A stretch of 64,000 nucleotides of DNA from Lama glama (GCA_028534125.1 CM052818.1:42906001-42970000), one strand, 5' to 3'; counted from the stretch's first letter, positions 28,091-40,820 are shown. Numbers and translations: made by a program. The notes: a model not told the origin generated them from the letters alone.

Positions 28091-28750
28091 TGTGACATTC
28101 AGCAAAGATTGAAAAAGCAGGGCCCTATGGGGCCCTTCTGTGTACAAAAGTTCCTCTGTGTCCCTGTTTCTTGTTTGTAGAAAACGGCTTTAGTCTCTTA
28201 GACCTTTCCTGGGTTCCAAAGAGCAAACTCCAGCAGTTACTAATTGGAGAAATGAGGGAACACAGGAACAAAGGAAAAGCAGTCAAGCAAGAAAAGAAAC
28301 GACAGCTTAAACAATAGTTCAGCCATAGAACAGAGCCCTAGTTCCTCCTCAGGGGCTGTGCATAACAATCTGATGTGTGTCTCTGAGCTGTTCTGCAGAA
28401 ACCAAGACCCACATCCAGGTGGAGAATGATGACTACGCGTTTGACCACCAGCACCTAGACCCCAGGCTGGTTGGAACCAGAAGGCTGGTGATTCCTGAAA
28501 CATCGCCCTGTTACCTCACCACCAACCAATCAGAAGAAAGTCCATGAGCTGCAGCTCTCATCTCAAATGTTGCCTTTAAAAATCCTTCCCTGAAAGCCAG
28601 CAGGGAGTTCAGGTCTTCTGAGCATGAGCTGCCCATTCTCCTTGCTTGGCGCCCTGCAATAAACACTCTACTTTCCTTCACCACAACCTGGTGTCAGTAG
28701 AGTGGCTTTGCTGCACGGTGGGTGAGGAGAGCAAGTTGGGCTGGGTAAGA
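28091..28750 (+). mobile_element. ERV1-class solo LTR
   Basis: Starts TGTGAC and ends GGTAAGA (expected GGTAACA). CCAAT 28526-28530, TATA-like TTTAAAAA 28575-28582 and AATAAA 28658-28663 occur in U3-R-U5 order. Confidence 0.75.
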
Positions 28751-29929
28751 GGAGCATCTCCTTCTAAGGGCCTCCAGCTCCTTAACTGTGTAATGGAGAA
28801 GAGATCATGTGCCACCTCTCCCTTTCTGAATTACTGTGGAAGTGCCCTAGAAATAAACTCTTGAAAAATGTTTGGAAAGATACAGATAAGTACAGCACCA
28901 TCAGTCTGAAACTTCAAAATAAAAATACAGCATGCAGCACAAGGATGTGGTCAAAGTTTATGTAAATAAGCACACTCTTTGGCGAAAAAAAAAACCCACA
29001 GAAACTTTGAAATTAGTGCTTATTCTTCTTTCACTTGGGGATAGACTTTCAAAATGCTGGCCTGTGAACCACATCGTTATCAATTCAGAGCATAAGCAGC
29101 TTTCATAAAAGTGCCTCTTTGAGTGCAGCAGGCTCTAAAGCCCCCATGAAATGCTCTTTAAAAGTTTAACAGACTGTGAGTAGGTCCCTGGGGGAGGATT
29201 AACTGGTCCCCTCTTACAAAACAAAACAAAACAAACAGAATACAAAAAAAACCCACGTGCATTTAAAATAGTCTTGTATCTAGCCCTGATCTCAAAGAAC
29301 CATTTTGAAATTTCCCTGAGACAATGACCAGACGATCAATGTTTAAAAATAAAACCTTTTCCTCATGTTCTTAATTTTATTCTCCGCTATTATGTCCCCA
29401 TAGTTATTGGCACTCTAACCTTCTTGTCACATTCTTCTGATGACAGAGGTCAGAGATCCTTACACCAATTGAACAAAAGTTGTCTGAAGCCCCTTCGATG
29501 TATGTACATTTTTCCCAAAAGAAGAGGAGCACATATGGGGTTGTTAAAATATTGCTCTTCTTGCATGTTGGTTAATTAACAGCAAGTGCACCGGGCTCCC
29601 AGAGCTAAAATGAGAGCCAGTGTCCAAACTAAGTACCAACAACCATGTTGAATCTCTTACTTCGCCAAAGCCCTTTTTATGTCTGAACAAGGGGAATCTC
29701 TCAAAGCAGTCTGGGTTGTATTCTTGGTGTCTGTCCCAAGCCTTCTGCAAACGAGAATGAGAAAGAGGCAGAGAGGGAGAGGGGAGAGAGAAGGTTATCG
29801 CTAATCATCTGCATTATATATAAATTTATATATTTAGTTATAAACATATGTTTATCTATATTTATGTTTCACATCCATTCCACAAAAGGCCTCAAGCCAA
29901 GAGAATGAGAAGTTCATTCAGTGTTTTAT

Positions 29930-30100
29930 AATTGACAGTATTTAAATCTGCTTTATCTCCTGTGATCCTCACAGCAATCCTTGCAGGTGACCCTCCTCTC
30001 TGCTACAGATGAAGAAGCCAGTACTCAGAGATTCAGAGAGGTAACTGATATTCACAACCTCACACACAAGTGACTCTGAGCCAGGAAACAAACTAACGCA
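29930..30100 (-). mobile_element. MIR SINE
   Basis: GATCCTCACAGCAATCC...TACAGATGAAGAA. Confidence 0.55.
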
Positions 30101-30107
30101 GGAAACT

Positions 30108-30212
30108 CAGTGTTTCTCCAAGTGTGGCCCGTGGGCCATCTACATCAGAAGGCTCTTGGGTGCTTATTAGCATTCAGCTCCTGGGCACATTCCTCACCAC
30201 CTGAGTCTGACC
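30108..30212. mobile_element. MER5-like hAT fragment
   Basis: CAGTGTTTCTCCAAGTGTGG...CATCAGAA terminal motif. Confidence 0.55.
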
Positions 30213-30670
30213 CTCCTTCCTGTCTCACTATTTCATCCGTAAATAAAGAAGGCAGCAATGATCATGGAGCCACTGTAAAAACGAAATGAGATCATTCACA
30301 AAGGCTCCTTGATATTAAAAAGAACCTTATCAAGTGTTTGTTGAGTTGGCTGAATATCGCATTTTCAGCCACAGGCTAACATTTAGAGAAATGCCAATCC
30401 CCTCAGCCAGGCTGTCTGGCCCATCCCGCATGCGCTGCCAAGAAATGGTTTTCACTCTTCCCCTCCTTCCCACCTCATCTTTACTCTGCTGTACTTCTTT
30501 AAGAAGCCCTCATGGCTCTTTGCATCAGGGCTGACCTATTCCTTACACACAGTGGTCCCAGTGCATAGAGTCCACAGTACATTTAGGGGCCATGAAAACG
30601 TTTTCATTTCTTTTAACATCAGAGAAGAAGTCAGTGTAATAAGCCTGGATTATAGTCATCTTTATACCAT

Positions 30671-30671
30671 C

Positions 30672-30717
<46 letters not shown>

Positions 30718-30740
30718 CACATTATATGTGTGTGTGTATC
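30671..30740. repeat. Compound (TA)n(CA)n(TA)n...(TG)n microsatellite
   Basis: Read directly from the sequence. Confidence 0.9.
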
Positions 30741-31581
30741 TCTCACTCTCCCTCTGGGGTAAGGGGAGAGGGGGAGGAGAAAGGCTGATGGAGGAAGCTG
30801 CCTATGAAGACAAAAATGCCGAGGGCCCACAAAGTCAGCCCAGCCCCTACTTCTCCACACCTTTCCCTGGTCATCCCCAACCCATCATTTAAGACTCATC
30901 TGAGTGGTCAACTGCTACAGCTAAGACTTCTTTGAACTAGGAGAGAGAAAGCAAGAGAAACTTAGAAACGAGAGAAAGTTGTGAGAGGAAGACCGAGCTC
31001 CAGGCAGAACCACCTGCGCCGGGACCGTGAGGAGAGACTGGGGAGCTTCTGCCCTTGCAGAGCTGTCAGGCGAGAAAAATGCAAACGGAGCAAAGTTGTG
31101 CGCCCAGGCAGGAGTCAAACCCAAATTACTTTACACACATAATGAGGAATGAGAGAAATCTATAGAATCTCATTTCCTTCCCTCGGTTATAGAGAGCACT
31201 TATTTACCAATCAATTCTAATAACTGATTAGCTAATAAGAGGCTGCTTTTATAGCTGTGGGCAACGGCGGGCCCACTGCCACGAGGAAACAGCTGTTTTT
31301 GGTGGGAGAGGAAGAGGTCGGCAAGGAGTGAGGCCGCGGGAACATCCTTCCATCAGGAGACTCACTTGCCGAAACAAATTCTCCCTATTTTGCTATGAAA
31401 ATGCTTTTGGCTTGTCAAGAATTCAGACTGATCTCCTTGCAACTCATCCACATTAAGAGTATTTTCCTCGAAGTGCAGAAGTAGCACTACCTTTATAAGT
31501 TCAGAATAGATTAATTACTTCTACATTCAAATTTCATTCTCTCATCGTCTTTTACTAGAAAAGAACAGAAGATATAAAGGA

Positions 31582-31591
31582 ATACATATAC

Positions 31592-31630
<39 letters not shown>

Positions 31631-31632
31631 TA
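31582..31632. repeat. (TA)n(CA)n microsatellite
   Basis: Read directly from the sequence. Confidence 0.9.
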
Positions 31633-32548
31633 ATTTTTTTAAATTATCAAATCAGGTCCCTCTCTATTGAGAGTATTCATGAAATTCTTTAACTGACAAT
31701 TATTCCTTGTTTTCAAAATTTACTACAGGAGCTTAGGAGCAGCTCCTACTCACTCTTCACTCTCCTATGTATTATGCTATTAATTTGTTAATAAAAACAG
31801 AATCTCCCTAAGTGTAATCTGCATGGATTTTGACTAAGTGGAGTAGAGATACAGATGGTTTCAGAGTGTTTGTGGTTACTTTTAAGGTAAACGTTCAAAG
31901 ATTTCAAATGGCAATTTGCCATCACTCATAATTTTGGTAAACGGTCAGCATCCGCTGAACATCAGGACCAGCAGTGGTTTAGGAAATCTAAATGATGTAA
32001 CCGTAAATAAGTAGTGAAACTATTTTAAAGAGCAAAGTTTCATTCTATTGCTATGCTTTTTTATGACTGTAAACTCAAGTAAATTGTCTCTCTTTTCTAA
32101 ATTCCTCTCCCCATGTTGAAAAAGAGACTCACAGCTACTCATTTAGATGGTTGTCACTAGTTGTAAAGAGGTGGTTATTATTCATTATCTCAGCAAGTGT
32201 TCATTGACTTTCTGCTATTCCAGGACCAGTTCCATATATTAAACACATATCAGTACCTGGGACATAGTAGATAATATCATTGTTACTTTTTTTTTAGTGG
32301 GATAAAGAACGTGACTACAGTCCTTTTAGGAAGAAGTCATTTTCTCCTACCTAAATCAAGAAGCTTTATAAATTTCTTTTCATCAAAAACTGGTACTGAA
32401 AGGTTGGCTCTTTGCAGCAAGCACAGATCATCCACACAGAAAGAGATACATTCAGTTATTTTCCATATTTCCATCAATGTGAAGCAGGGTGAGGAAATCA
32501 ACTAGTAGTCAACAGGCAGTTGAGAAAAACTATTGCATTTTTTTGGCT

Positions 32549-32945
32549 CTTTTTTTTCCCCCCAGCTTTATTGAGATAACTGACATATAACATTGTGTAA
32601 GTTTAAGGTAACAATGTGATGACATGACACACCTATGTACTGTAGAGTTATGATCACAATGAGGTTGGTTAACACATCCATCACATGTATCTTTTTTATG
32701 TAGGGAGAACATTCAAGATCTATTCTCTAATTTTATTTCTAATCTTCAAGTATATAAGGCAGTATTGTTAACTATAGTCACCGTGCTGTACATTAGCTCC
32801 CCAGAACTTATTCATCTTATAACTGGACGTTTGTACCTTTTGACCAGTATCTCCCATGTTTCTCCTGCCTCTCAGCCCCTGACTAGTACCATTCTACGAT
32901 GTTTCTATGAGCTTGGCATTTTCAGACGCCACATACAAGCAAGAT
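32549..32945 (-). mobile_element. L1MA-like 3' end
   Basis: T-run followed by CCAGCTTTATTGAGATA...GTATTGTTAACTATAGTCACC. Confidence 0.8.
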
Positions 32946-32974
32946 GTTATAGGAAAACTCTATTTTAAAGTCTG

Positions 32975-33299
32975 AGCCCGGGATAAAGGTAGTCAAAAGG
33001 TACAAACTTTTCGTTACAAGATAAATAAGTAGCGGGGCTGTAATGTACAACACGAGAAATATAATGAACACTACTGTATGTTATAAATGAAAGTTGTTAA
33101 GAGTAAGTCCTATAGAGTCTCATCCCAAGGAAAAAGATTGTTTTCCCTATTTAATTTTTGTATCTATACGAGATGATGGGTGTTCACTAAACTTACTGTG
33201 ATTATCACTTCCTGACGTAAGTCAAATCATTATGCTGTACACCTCAAACATATACAGTGCTGGATGCCAATTTTATCTCATTCAAGCTGGAAGAAAAAC
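32975..33299 (+). mobile_element. L1MA-like 3' end
   Basis: GGTAGTCAAAAGGTACAAAC...TCATTATGCTGTACACCT...AAGCTGGAAGAAAAA. Confidence 0.8.
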
Positions 33300-33500
33300 A
33301 TTCTACTAATGAAATTAAAATAAATAAAAAGCAACAAAGTCTGAGGCTTTGCACTGGAGAGACAAAAGCTTTTACAGTCCATCTTGATATCATGAACCAG
33401 GTCCAACATGCGCTAATGTAGGACATAGAAATAGACCAGTCAGCCACAAAGTCCAAATGAAAACAGAAGAAAAGTAAAACCGGAACAGAGGAAGACTCAC

Positions 33501-33739
33501 CAACGGTTCAGCTAATGTTTCACTGAAACCCTAATTTGGAGGATGTGAAGACACGCATCAGAGATATTCTTTTGTATTTTGCGAATATCACATGTCCGTG
33601 TTAACAGACTACAGAGAGCTCATTTTCAAACATGAGGTCCTTCTACACTAATGTTTATTTGACCTTAAAGCCTTGAGCTAAAAAAAGCATCCACATACTG
33701 TAGGATCACCGGCTCTCAGTGACACCAAAATAAGTTCAC
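33501..33739 (-). other. Candidate non-coding internal exon
   Basis: Minus-strand acceptor TTTCTTACAG|G and donor TTG|GTGAGT bracket 239 nt of non-repeat sequence with no long ORF. Motif evidence only. Confidence 0.25.
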
Positions 33740-34050
33740 CTGTAAGAAATTCCTCTTATAAAATTGGAGAATAAGGCCAATCCTTGCTCTCTTTGGAACA
33801 TCCCCCAAATATATACGACATGAGTTCAAACACTGAATACTAAAGAAGGAAACCTTCAGGCATGCTCTTCTCTGTTGGTCCTTTTTTTTTTTTTTAAACA
33901 TGTGACTCATTGAGGAATGCATTTTATCTAGCTGGTCTGCTTTTTTCTTTACTTTTCCTTTTGTTTTTAATAACTCTATATTATATTTATATAAACTTGT
34001 TTGGTAATTGCTTTGCTTCTTATAATTTCATTTTATAAGATCAAGTTCTA

Positions 34051-34170
34051 TCTTGGGGAAGGGGGTGAGAAGGGATAAATTGTGAGTTCAAGATTTGCAG
34101 ATACTAACCACTATACATAAAATAAACAAGTTTCTTCTGTATAGCACAGGGAACTATATAAAAAGAAAAA
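34051..34170 (+). mobile_element. Short L1 3'UTR insertion, prematurely polyadenylated
   Basis: Homologous to 37815-37926; the A-tail starts right after GGGAACTATAT. TSD AAGATCAAGTTCTA (34037-34050) / AAAATCAAGTTCTA (34171-34184). Confidence 0.9.
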
Positions 34171-34780
34171 AAAATCAAGTTCTAAAGCGCTTTTACTTGC
34201 CACCATTAAATTGGTTCAGCTTGTTTTAGAGAACATTCTGATAACCACAGCTTAATTTCTGTTGGAATTATCCATCAGATTATAGTTCAATTCACTTCAT
34301 TAAAGGTTACTACTGGTTTAAACTGCTTCACTGGAGGCATGCTTTAGAAATATTTTTAAATCATCAGCACGTTTCTTAAAAATCAAGCGTTTGTGTAATT
34401 GCAAAAATCTAGGTAGGGTTGCATTTACTTTCTGTACCCAGTTCAGTTTGATCCTCATTGCTATTTCTAAAAGAAATACCATTCAACAGAGCTCTCAAAT
34501 CAATGCAACCCACACCAGGAAAAGCTCTGTATTCAGGCTTTATCCCTTGCTTCTCGTGACTAAGTAAAGCTCCATATTTCTACACTAATCACACTACTGC
34601 TGAACAATTACATCAACAGTGCTATAGATATAATTGGGTAGTTTCCATTTCAAACTGAACATTACAATTTTCACTAAGAACTAATAAAGACTAAGAGAAC
34701 GATTGTTCCAAAATATGAAACTATGGTGTTTTAACTAAAATAGCATCTTTTTAGTTATTACTCCCCCCCCCCGGGGGCTG

Positions 34781-34790
34781 CCAAATAAGG
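34781..34790. promoter_or_regulatory. CArG box (SRF consensus) CCAAATAAGG
   Basis: Exact CC(A/T)6GG next to a C-run/G-run tract. Motif only. Confidence 0.35.
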
Positions 34791-37585
34791 GGAGCCCATG
34801 CCAGAGCAAGTGAGGCAGAGAAAGGCGCGATGATCTGGTGAGCAGCTCCTCCCTCCTCAGCTCCATCACTCTTGTGCAGCCTTGTGTAAAGGACAGAAGT
34901 CTCTGAGCCGCTCTGCATCATGATGGGTTGGCTCCAGGCGACGCCCCAGATTTCTGATGCGCGTAGCATTTTATGCAATTAATGCCATTCTACACTTTTT
35001 ATCTTTAAAATAAAATTTAAGTCCATTTCAGGAGATTTAGATGTCCCAGGGTGAAAATACCTTAGTCACATGCATTTTCATTGCTAGGCATAAACAGTAT
35101 GCCACGTTTTGCATTCTGAAGCTGTGAGTTGAGAACATGATGGAAATTTAGAATAGATTAGGAGGTTTATTAAATAAAATACATCAGCCTGTTATGGGAA
35201 GCCTGTCTCTGAAAATACTAGGGCTCCACGCAATTGTTTGATGGCACACTCCCTACCCACATGCAGGATGGAGCTTCCAGAATTTCCATCTAATGCAGGG
35301 AGACCAGGGAGCTCAATTAACACAGCCCCGAGAAGGGGAAAGGTACTGGCTGCCAGTATCTTCACTCCGGGTCTGACCTCCATCAGCTGGATGCTAAAAG
35401 CTACAAGGAAAACAGTGCCCCGTTGGTAATTTAGTCTTCCCCAGGGGCAGTTCATTCCATGTGTTGGATCTTTGTCACAAGTGTTTTTCATTTGAAAATC
35501 GCATACATGTTGCCCAGCGGACTAGCAAGTCTCTAGGTCGCCTCACCCACTCCCTCAAGACCTCACTCTTGGCTGTCGCTGCTGAAAGACGCCTGCCTTG
35601 TCTTCAGCCCGCTCCTGCCACCCCGGGGGATTTTTCTGAAAGCCCCAGTCCTGACAAGGCTCATTTCCCCACTGCCAGGTCTGGGCTCCCCAGATCCTCC
35701 CTCCCCTTGCAACCCTGCACAATTTGTAAATAGTCCTCCCTTTATCTCCTTTGCCCAGAGCGGCATGTAACAGATTAAATTCCTGTAATCTCTTCTCCTG
35801 TGTCATTCCTCTAATCCTGTTATTGCTCTCCTTTGCCTTTGTGGTATTTCTTTCTACCATTAGCAACAAATGGCAACAGAAGCCACATTCAGGCAGAGCA
35901 GAAGGAGCCGCACACAAAAGTGCACAGAAAGAAACGCAGAAGGAAAGTGAGGAAGCCTGGGATAAGGTCCCGGCTCCCGTCAGCTTCCTGTGTGACCTTG
36001 GACAACTCGATGGGTACCATCAGCCACGGTTTCCTTTAAAACCTCTCCTTGTCTTTGGAGCAGCATGAGAGAGAACTCCCACTCACTAGAGAGTTTCACG
36101 TAACCCTGGGAGAACACAAATGCATAAAAACCAATCTTGGGGATGTATTCCAGCCGTAATCATTTATCTTCAATATTTAATTTCCTTTTCAGAAATAACC
36201 TCATCATAGACTTCTCAACCTCACAGTTTGCTTGTTTATTTAGCCTGATAATTAATGTACATTTTGGTATCATATCAGCATGTTGCTTCCTCAAGGGACT
36301 GAATCAAAGGCACCTCATTAAATACGGAATCATTCTCACCATCCTGCTCAGCCCCTTCAGACTGAAGGAGGGAAACAAAAAGCCAGTCAGCTTCAGTGTC
36401 CCAAACAAAAACAGAAAAACCTAAAGAAAAACGAGAGAGAAGGAAAGCATACGGCCTTACGGATAATTCAAGGTTGCTAACCAAAGGCTTCAGACCTGCC
36501 TCTCGTTGCTGCCTCCCCACAAGCCCTCCACATCCCGGGCGTCAGAGGAGGGCAGATTAGATCATATATTTGAAGTACTTGGTCTCCTTGGAGGAGAGGG
36601 GTCCTATAAATCCTCAGTGTTGTCACTTTCTGTTCTTCCCCTGCCTTTGACCTTAGCTCAGTGAAAGTAATTTATAACAGGTTTGTAAGGGCACCTGAGA
36701 ACCGCTCCATCCACCTCACAGGTAAAGACGCCAGAGGCAGGGAGCACTTGGCAGTCACACCCACTTGACCACTTGAGTAAACGTAATTATAAAGACAACA
36801 GCAGCTGTGACACACCACTGGCCATAGCTGGTGAGTTACTGCCGGACTAAGCCGGGAGGTAAAATCAGACGGCTGCCTCCCACGTTACCAGGCACCCTCC
36901 CCTCACCGGCCCGAGGTCTCCAAGTGAAAGAAGGCAGTGTCGTTAGAGGGATGTGTGCACACTTAGTTCTGCCCTGTATCTAACCAGATCGATCGGAATG
37001 TGGATGTAATTTTTTTCCCCATTCACCGGGTTCAAGGACTTAAGGGAAAGCAGATGAGGACAATTCTCTTGAGAAGGCTGAAAAATAAATAACAATTAAG
37101 ACAAATGCATCAGGTATAGTCATTCCCTGTCTTAGTCTCATCATTTTCACCCAAGCGTACGAGTCATGTATTTCCACCTTCCTTGCAACCCACATCCAGT
37201 TACCACTTTCTATCGGTTGTGTCTCCTGAATGTTCTCCAATTCACCCCCTTCATCTGTTGCCCAATGCTGCTGCCTTCATTAGAACCTCAGCAACCTGTT
37301 TCCTACAGCTCTTCAGAAAACTTCTGTGTCGTGGGGTTTCTTTCAGCGCGTCCCTCTGATCCGTCCCTCGCGCATTTCAGGAGCCAGAGAAATTCTAAAC
37401 GGTGAGGTTCCAACAGAGTGGTAGGGAGGTCTGCTCACAAGTTAGGCATAGTTATGAAGAGGAGGGCAAAGTCAGAGAGCTTCCTGTTGGCACAGGCCTC
37501 TGGCCTCAGGCTGAGAAAGATGTTAAGTGTTAATCACTAACCGGACACCTGCCTAAAGGGTTTCCCTAGCCCCCAGGTGTGTCTC

Positions 37586-38055
37586 ATACTCAGCCATAAA
37601 AGAGAATAAAATAATGCCATTTGCAGCAACTTGGATGGATCTGGACATTGTCATTCTAAGTGAAGTAAGCCAGAAAGAGAAAGAAAAATACCATATGATA
37701 TCACTCATATGCAGAATCTAAAAAAAAAAAAAATGGAAGACACTAATCAATTGACCTACAAAACAGAAACAGATTCACAGACATAGTAAACAAACTTACG
37801 GTTACGAGGTGAGGGAAGGGGTTGGGAAGGGATAAACTGGAAGTTCAAGACTTGCAAATACTAACTACCATATGTAAAATAGATTAAAAAAAACAAATTT
37901 CTTCCGTATAGCACAGGGAACTATATTCAATATCTTGTAGTAACATGTAATGAAAAAGAATATAAAAATATATGTATGTATATGTATGACTGAAACATTA
38001 TGCTGCACACCAGAAATTGACACATTGTAACTGACTATACTTCAATTTAAAAAAA
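37586..38055 (+). mobile_element. L1 3' fragment, same type as 9304-12049
   Basis: Close match to 11575-12038, ending GTAACTGACTATACTTCAAT plus an A-tail. Confidence 0.93.
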
Positions 38056-38644
38056 GACAACAGGAACACACAAAAGCTAATGCAAAATACATTTTCAGCC
38101 TCACCCTTTATTTCAACCAGTCACCCAGTGCTCTTAACAAAATTCAAAGCTTACCATCTTCAAGCCTTTTTTGCCCACATCATAATCATTCCCAGGAATA
38201 CTTGTACACTCATCCAACTGGCAAATTCTACTTGGTCTTTACCATGTGATTAAAAGACAGCTTCTACTTTTGAAGTCTTTTTTTAATCCATAAGCACCTG
38301 CCACTATACATCTTGTGCTTTTTCATCTAAATGTTTCTGTACGTGACTATATTTTAATTATTTCTTTATGTGTTTGTTTCCTCCACTAGACTGAGTCTTT
38401 TTTCCTCCAGAAAATCCTAGGTTTATTAATCATTTTACTCCTAGCATTCAGCACCATGCTGGAATACAGCTGCGTAAGACATACTTTTAAAGCAGATTAA
38501 ACTGCATGCGATGAAGGATTAAGAAGTGGAGGCAAGTGAGAGAGAGAGAGAAAGCACGCATGAACACTTTAAGAACTAAGAATAATTTTCCCCATCATTC
38601 CATGCTGTGAGCTTATGCTGCACACTGAGAAGAGGGACACATTC

Positions 38645-39207
38645 TGCTGGAGGGGAGGGACACATTTGCCACCCCCAAATGTTTCTTTGGCATGCAGATT
38701 ACTTTGAGCTGAAAACAGTCAAGGTCCAAAAGACCCAGGAAGAAACTCTGGCCTTCCCCCTAACTGCAGGTGGGGGATCAGTTCTGGGGTGGGGAGCCAT
38801 CATCATAGATAACTATAGAGTATGAATTAGGTGTGTAGACAGGGAAAAACCTAGCAAAGCCTGTTGGTTAAAATTCCTCTCTGTGTCCCATTGTTTCTGC
38901 CTGGCCCAGTAAACAACCATTTACCAAACATTTGCTTTTCCGTCTCCGTGTCAGTTGCCTTCCGCCCTTTTCAAGTTTCAACCCACTCCCCTCAACATCC
39001 TCTTTTGTCTTTGGCTGAAGATGGTATTTAACGTGAGGGTTTCAGACATTTGGGAAAGTTACTCAGTTTTCCTGGAGTCCCTCCCATGTATATATGTTAT
39101 TAAACTTGTGTTTGATTTTCTCCTGTGAATCTGTCTCATGTCAGTTTAACTCTTAGACCAGCCAGAAGAACCTAGAGGGACAGAGGAAAATTTCTTCCTC
39201 CCTGACA
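38645..39207 (+). mobile_element. MER34/MER39-like ERV1 solo LTR
   Basis: GCCACCCCCAAATG..TTGAGCTGAA start, ATTAAA signal, ends GAAAATTTCTTCCTCCCTGACA. Confidence 0.75.
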
Positions 39208-39379
39208 ATATTGATGTTGTTTGGGGAAGATAAGCCTAATATAGTCAATATGCCAAATCAATACACCAAAGTCCTCATGCCCTCCCCGTGCCTTTCATTG
39301 TCCCTCACCAAAAGACGTTATTTGAGCATCCATTGATTCAAATCAGGCAATGTCAAAACAAAAGTGGTTAGGAATGCTT

Positions 39380-39597
39380 CATTAACAGGGGCTGGGGGCC
39401 AGATTTATTGGATAAGTTATAGCTTAAGTAGCTGTCTTAACTGGGGACGCCTAGTTGGCTATTTGTGATTTCTTGTTCTTAAGTTTCTTTATCAGATTCA
39501 AGTGGGTGGACTCTGGCGTAGGTTTTGGCTCATTTATATAAGCGACCAAGGCATGAGAGCCACGCCAACATCATGGCCCCTCGTTTAAAGATTAACA
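39380..39597 (-). mobile_element. ERV1 LTR fragment
   Basis: Ends ...TTAACA on + (TGTTAA start on -), typical of MER4-group LTRs from recall. Confidence 0.4.
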
Positions 39598-40702
39598 CTG
39601 CCTGCAGCCAATATTCAATCTAGAATTAGCCTTCCCTTTACCCCCATTTAATGAATTCACCGCAATAGAGTACCTTATAATTTGCCAGAATTTGAGAGAT
39701 CGGGGAAATTAAAATTTCCCACAGCCAATATTTAAGCTGGATAGCTTTAGTTGGTTTTGCCACCCAATCAGATTTTTTTGAGCTTAACTCCATGATTTAT
39801 AGTATCTGCAACATGTTGAAGGTATTATGGCAGTTTATATGAGATATTTAACACAAGACTTTTAAATGGTGACAGTATCAACTGTTCCATAAGAAAACCA
39901 AAGTGCAGGACGATGAAATCACTCACCCAGTTTCACACAACCAGCCAGTAGCAAAAACAAAAATTAAACTCAGATTGTTCCCAGCCCAAACCATGTGTTT
40001 TTCCCCTCGCCTTCTGCCATCTTCCTATAACCAATGTCAACACCAGCCTTTCTGTCCTCACTCTTACAAAATCACAATCACTATCATGACTCACTTCAAC
40101 TTCATTGTTCTTAAAAAATGCAGTTTCCATGGAAAAACTTCTCTCCCGCCCACTCCAGGATTTATAATCCAGCTTTCAAGACCAAAGCACATTTTTCTTC
40201 TTAGGCAAATTGATTATAAGCTTTGATTAAAAGCACCTGCACATCTCCTACTCAGCTCTGCTTAGCAGGAGTTTGCTATGTGGACGACCAGACCAAGCAA
40301 ATAGTACAGAGGTTTTGAGCCATTTATCCCTTCGTCGACGCCACTAAAAAGATGGTGAAATTTGGGCTTAGGCACATTTCTAAGTACTTTTCAGGTCTGA
40401 ATGTATTTTATTCACTTAGCATGTATTTTGAGCGATATGAGCATATTTTCATTGACAGCGTCAGGGAAATCCCCCTTCCCCTTTCTATCTCCCGTGCTAC
40501 GGACCTGGTCCAGGGCCAGCCTTTCGCAGGGGCGACCGCATTTGTCACTGGTTAACTCACGCAACACCCACAACGGAGAGCCTGCTCCGTGCGCGGCTTT
40601 TTCACGCGCGCTCTTTCATTTTGGTCCTCCGAACCGTTCTGAGAGATGCTCCCTGCTCCCGCCTCCATTTTATAAGTATATTGAAGCCAGAAAGTAACTT
40701 AC

Positions 40703-40820
40703 CGGGTGGATGCAGCCAGGTTTGAACACGAGCGTCCTTCTGTTTTTCCTCCAAGTCCTGCAGCAGGGGGACGCCGAGCTCCTGTCCGGGAAGACCTCAC
40801 GCGGGGTCCGCGCCGAGCTG
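40703..40820 (-). other. Candidate non-coding first exon
   Basis: Lies just downstream (minus strand) of the GC boxes, ends at CCG|GTAAGT and contains no ATG. The TSS is approximate. Confidence 0.5.

Noticed and set aside
36595..36625. TATA-like CTATAAAT as a plus-strand promoter
   Set aside because: Isolated motif with no supported downstream exon or ORF.
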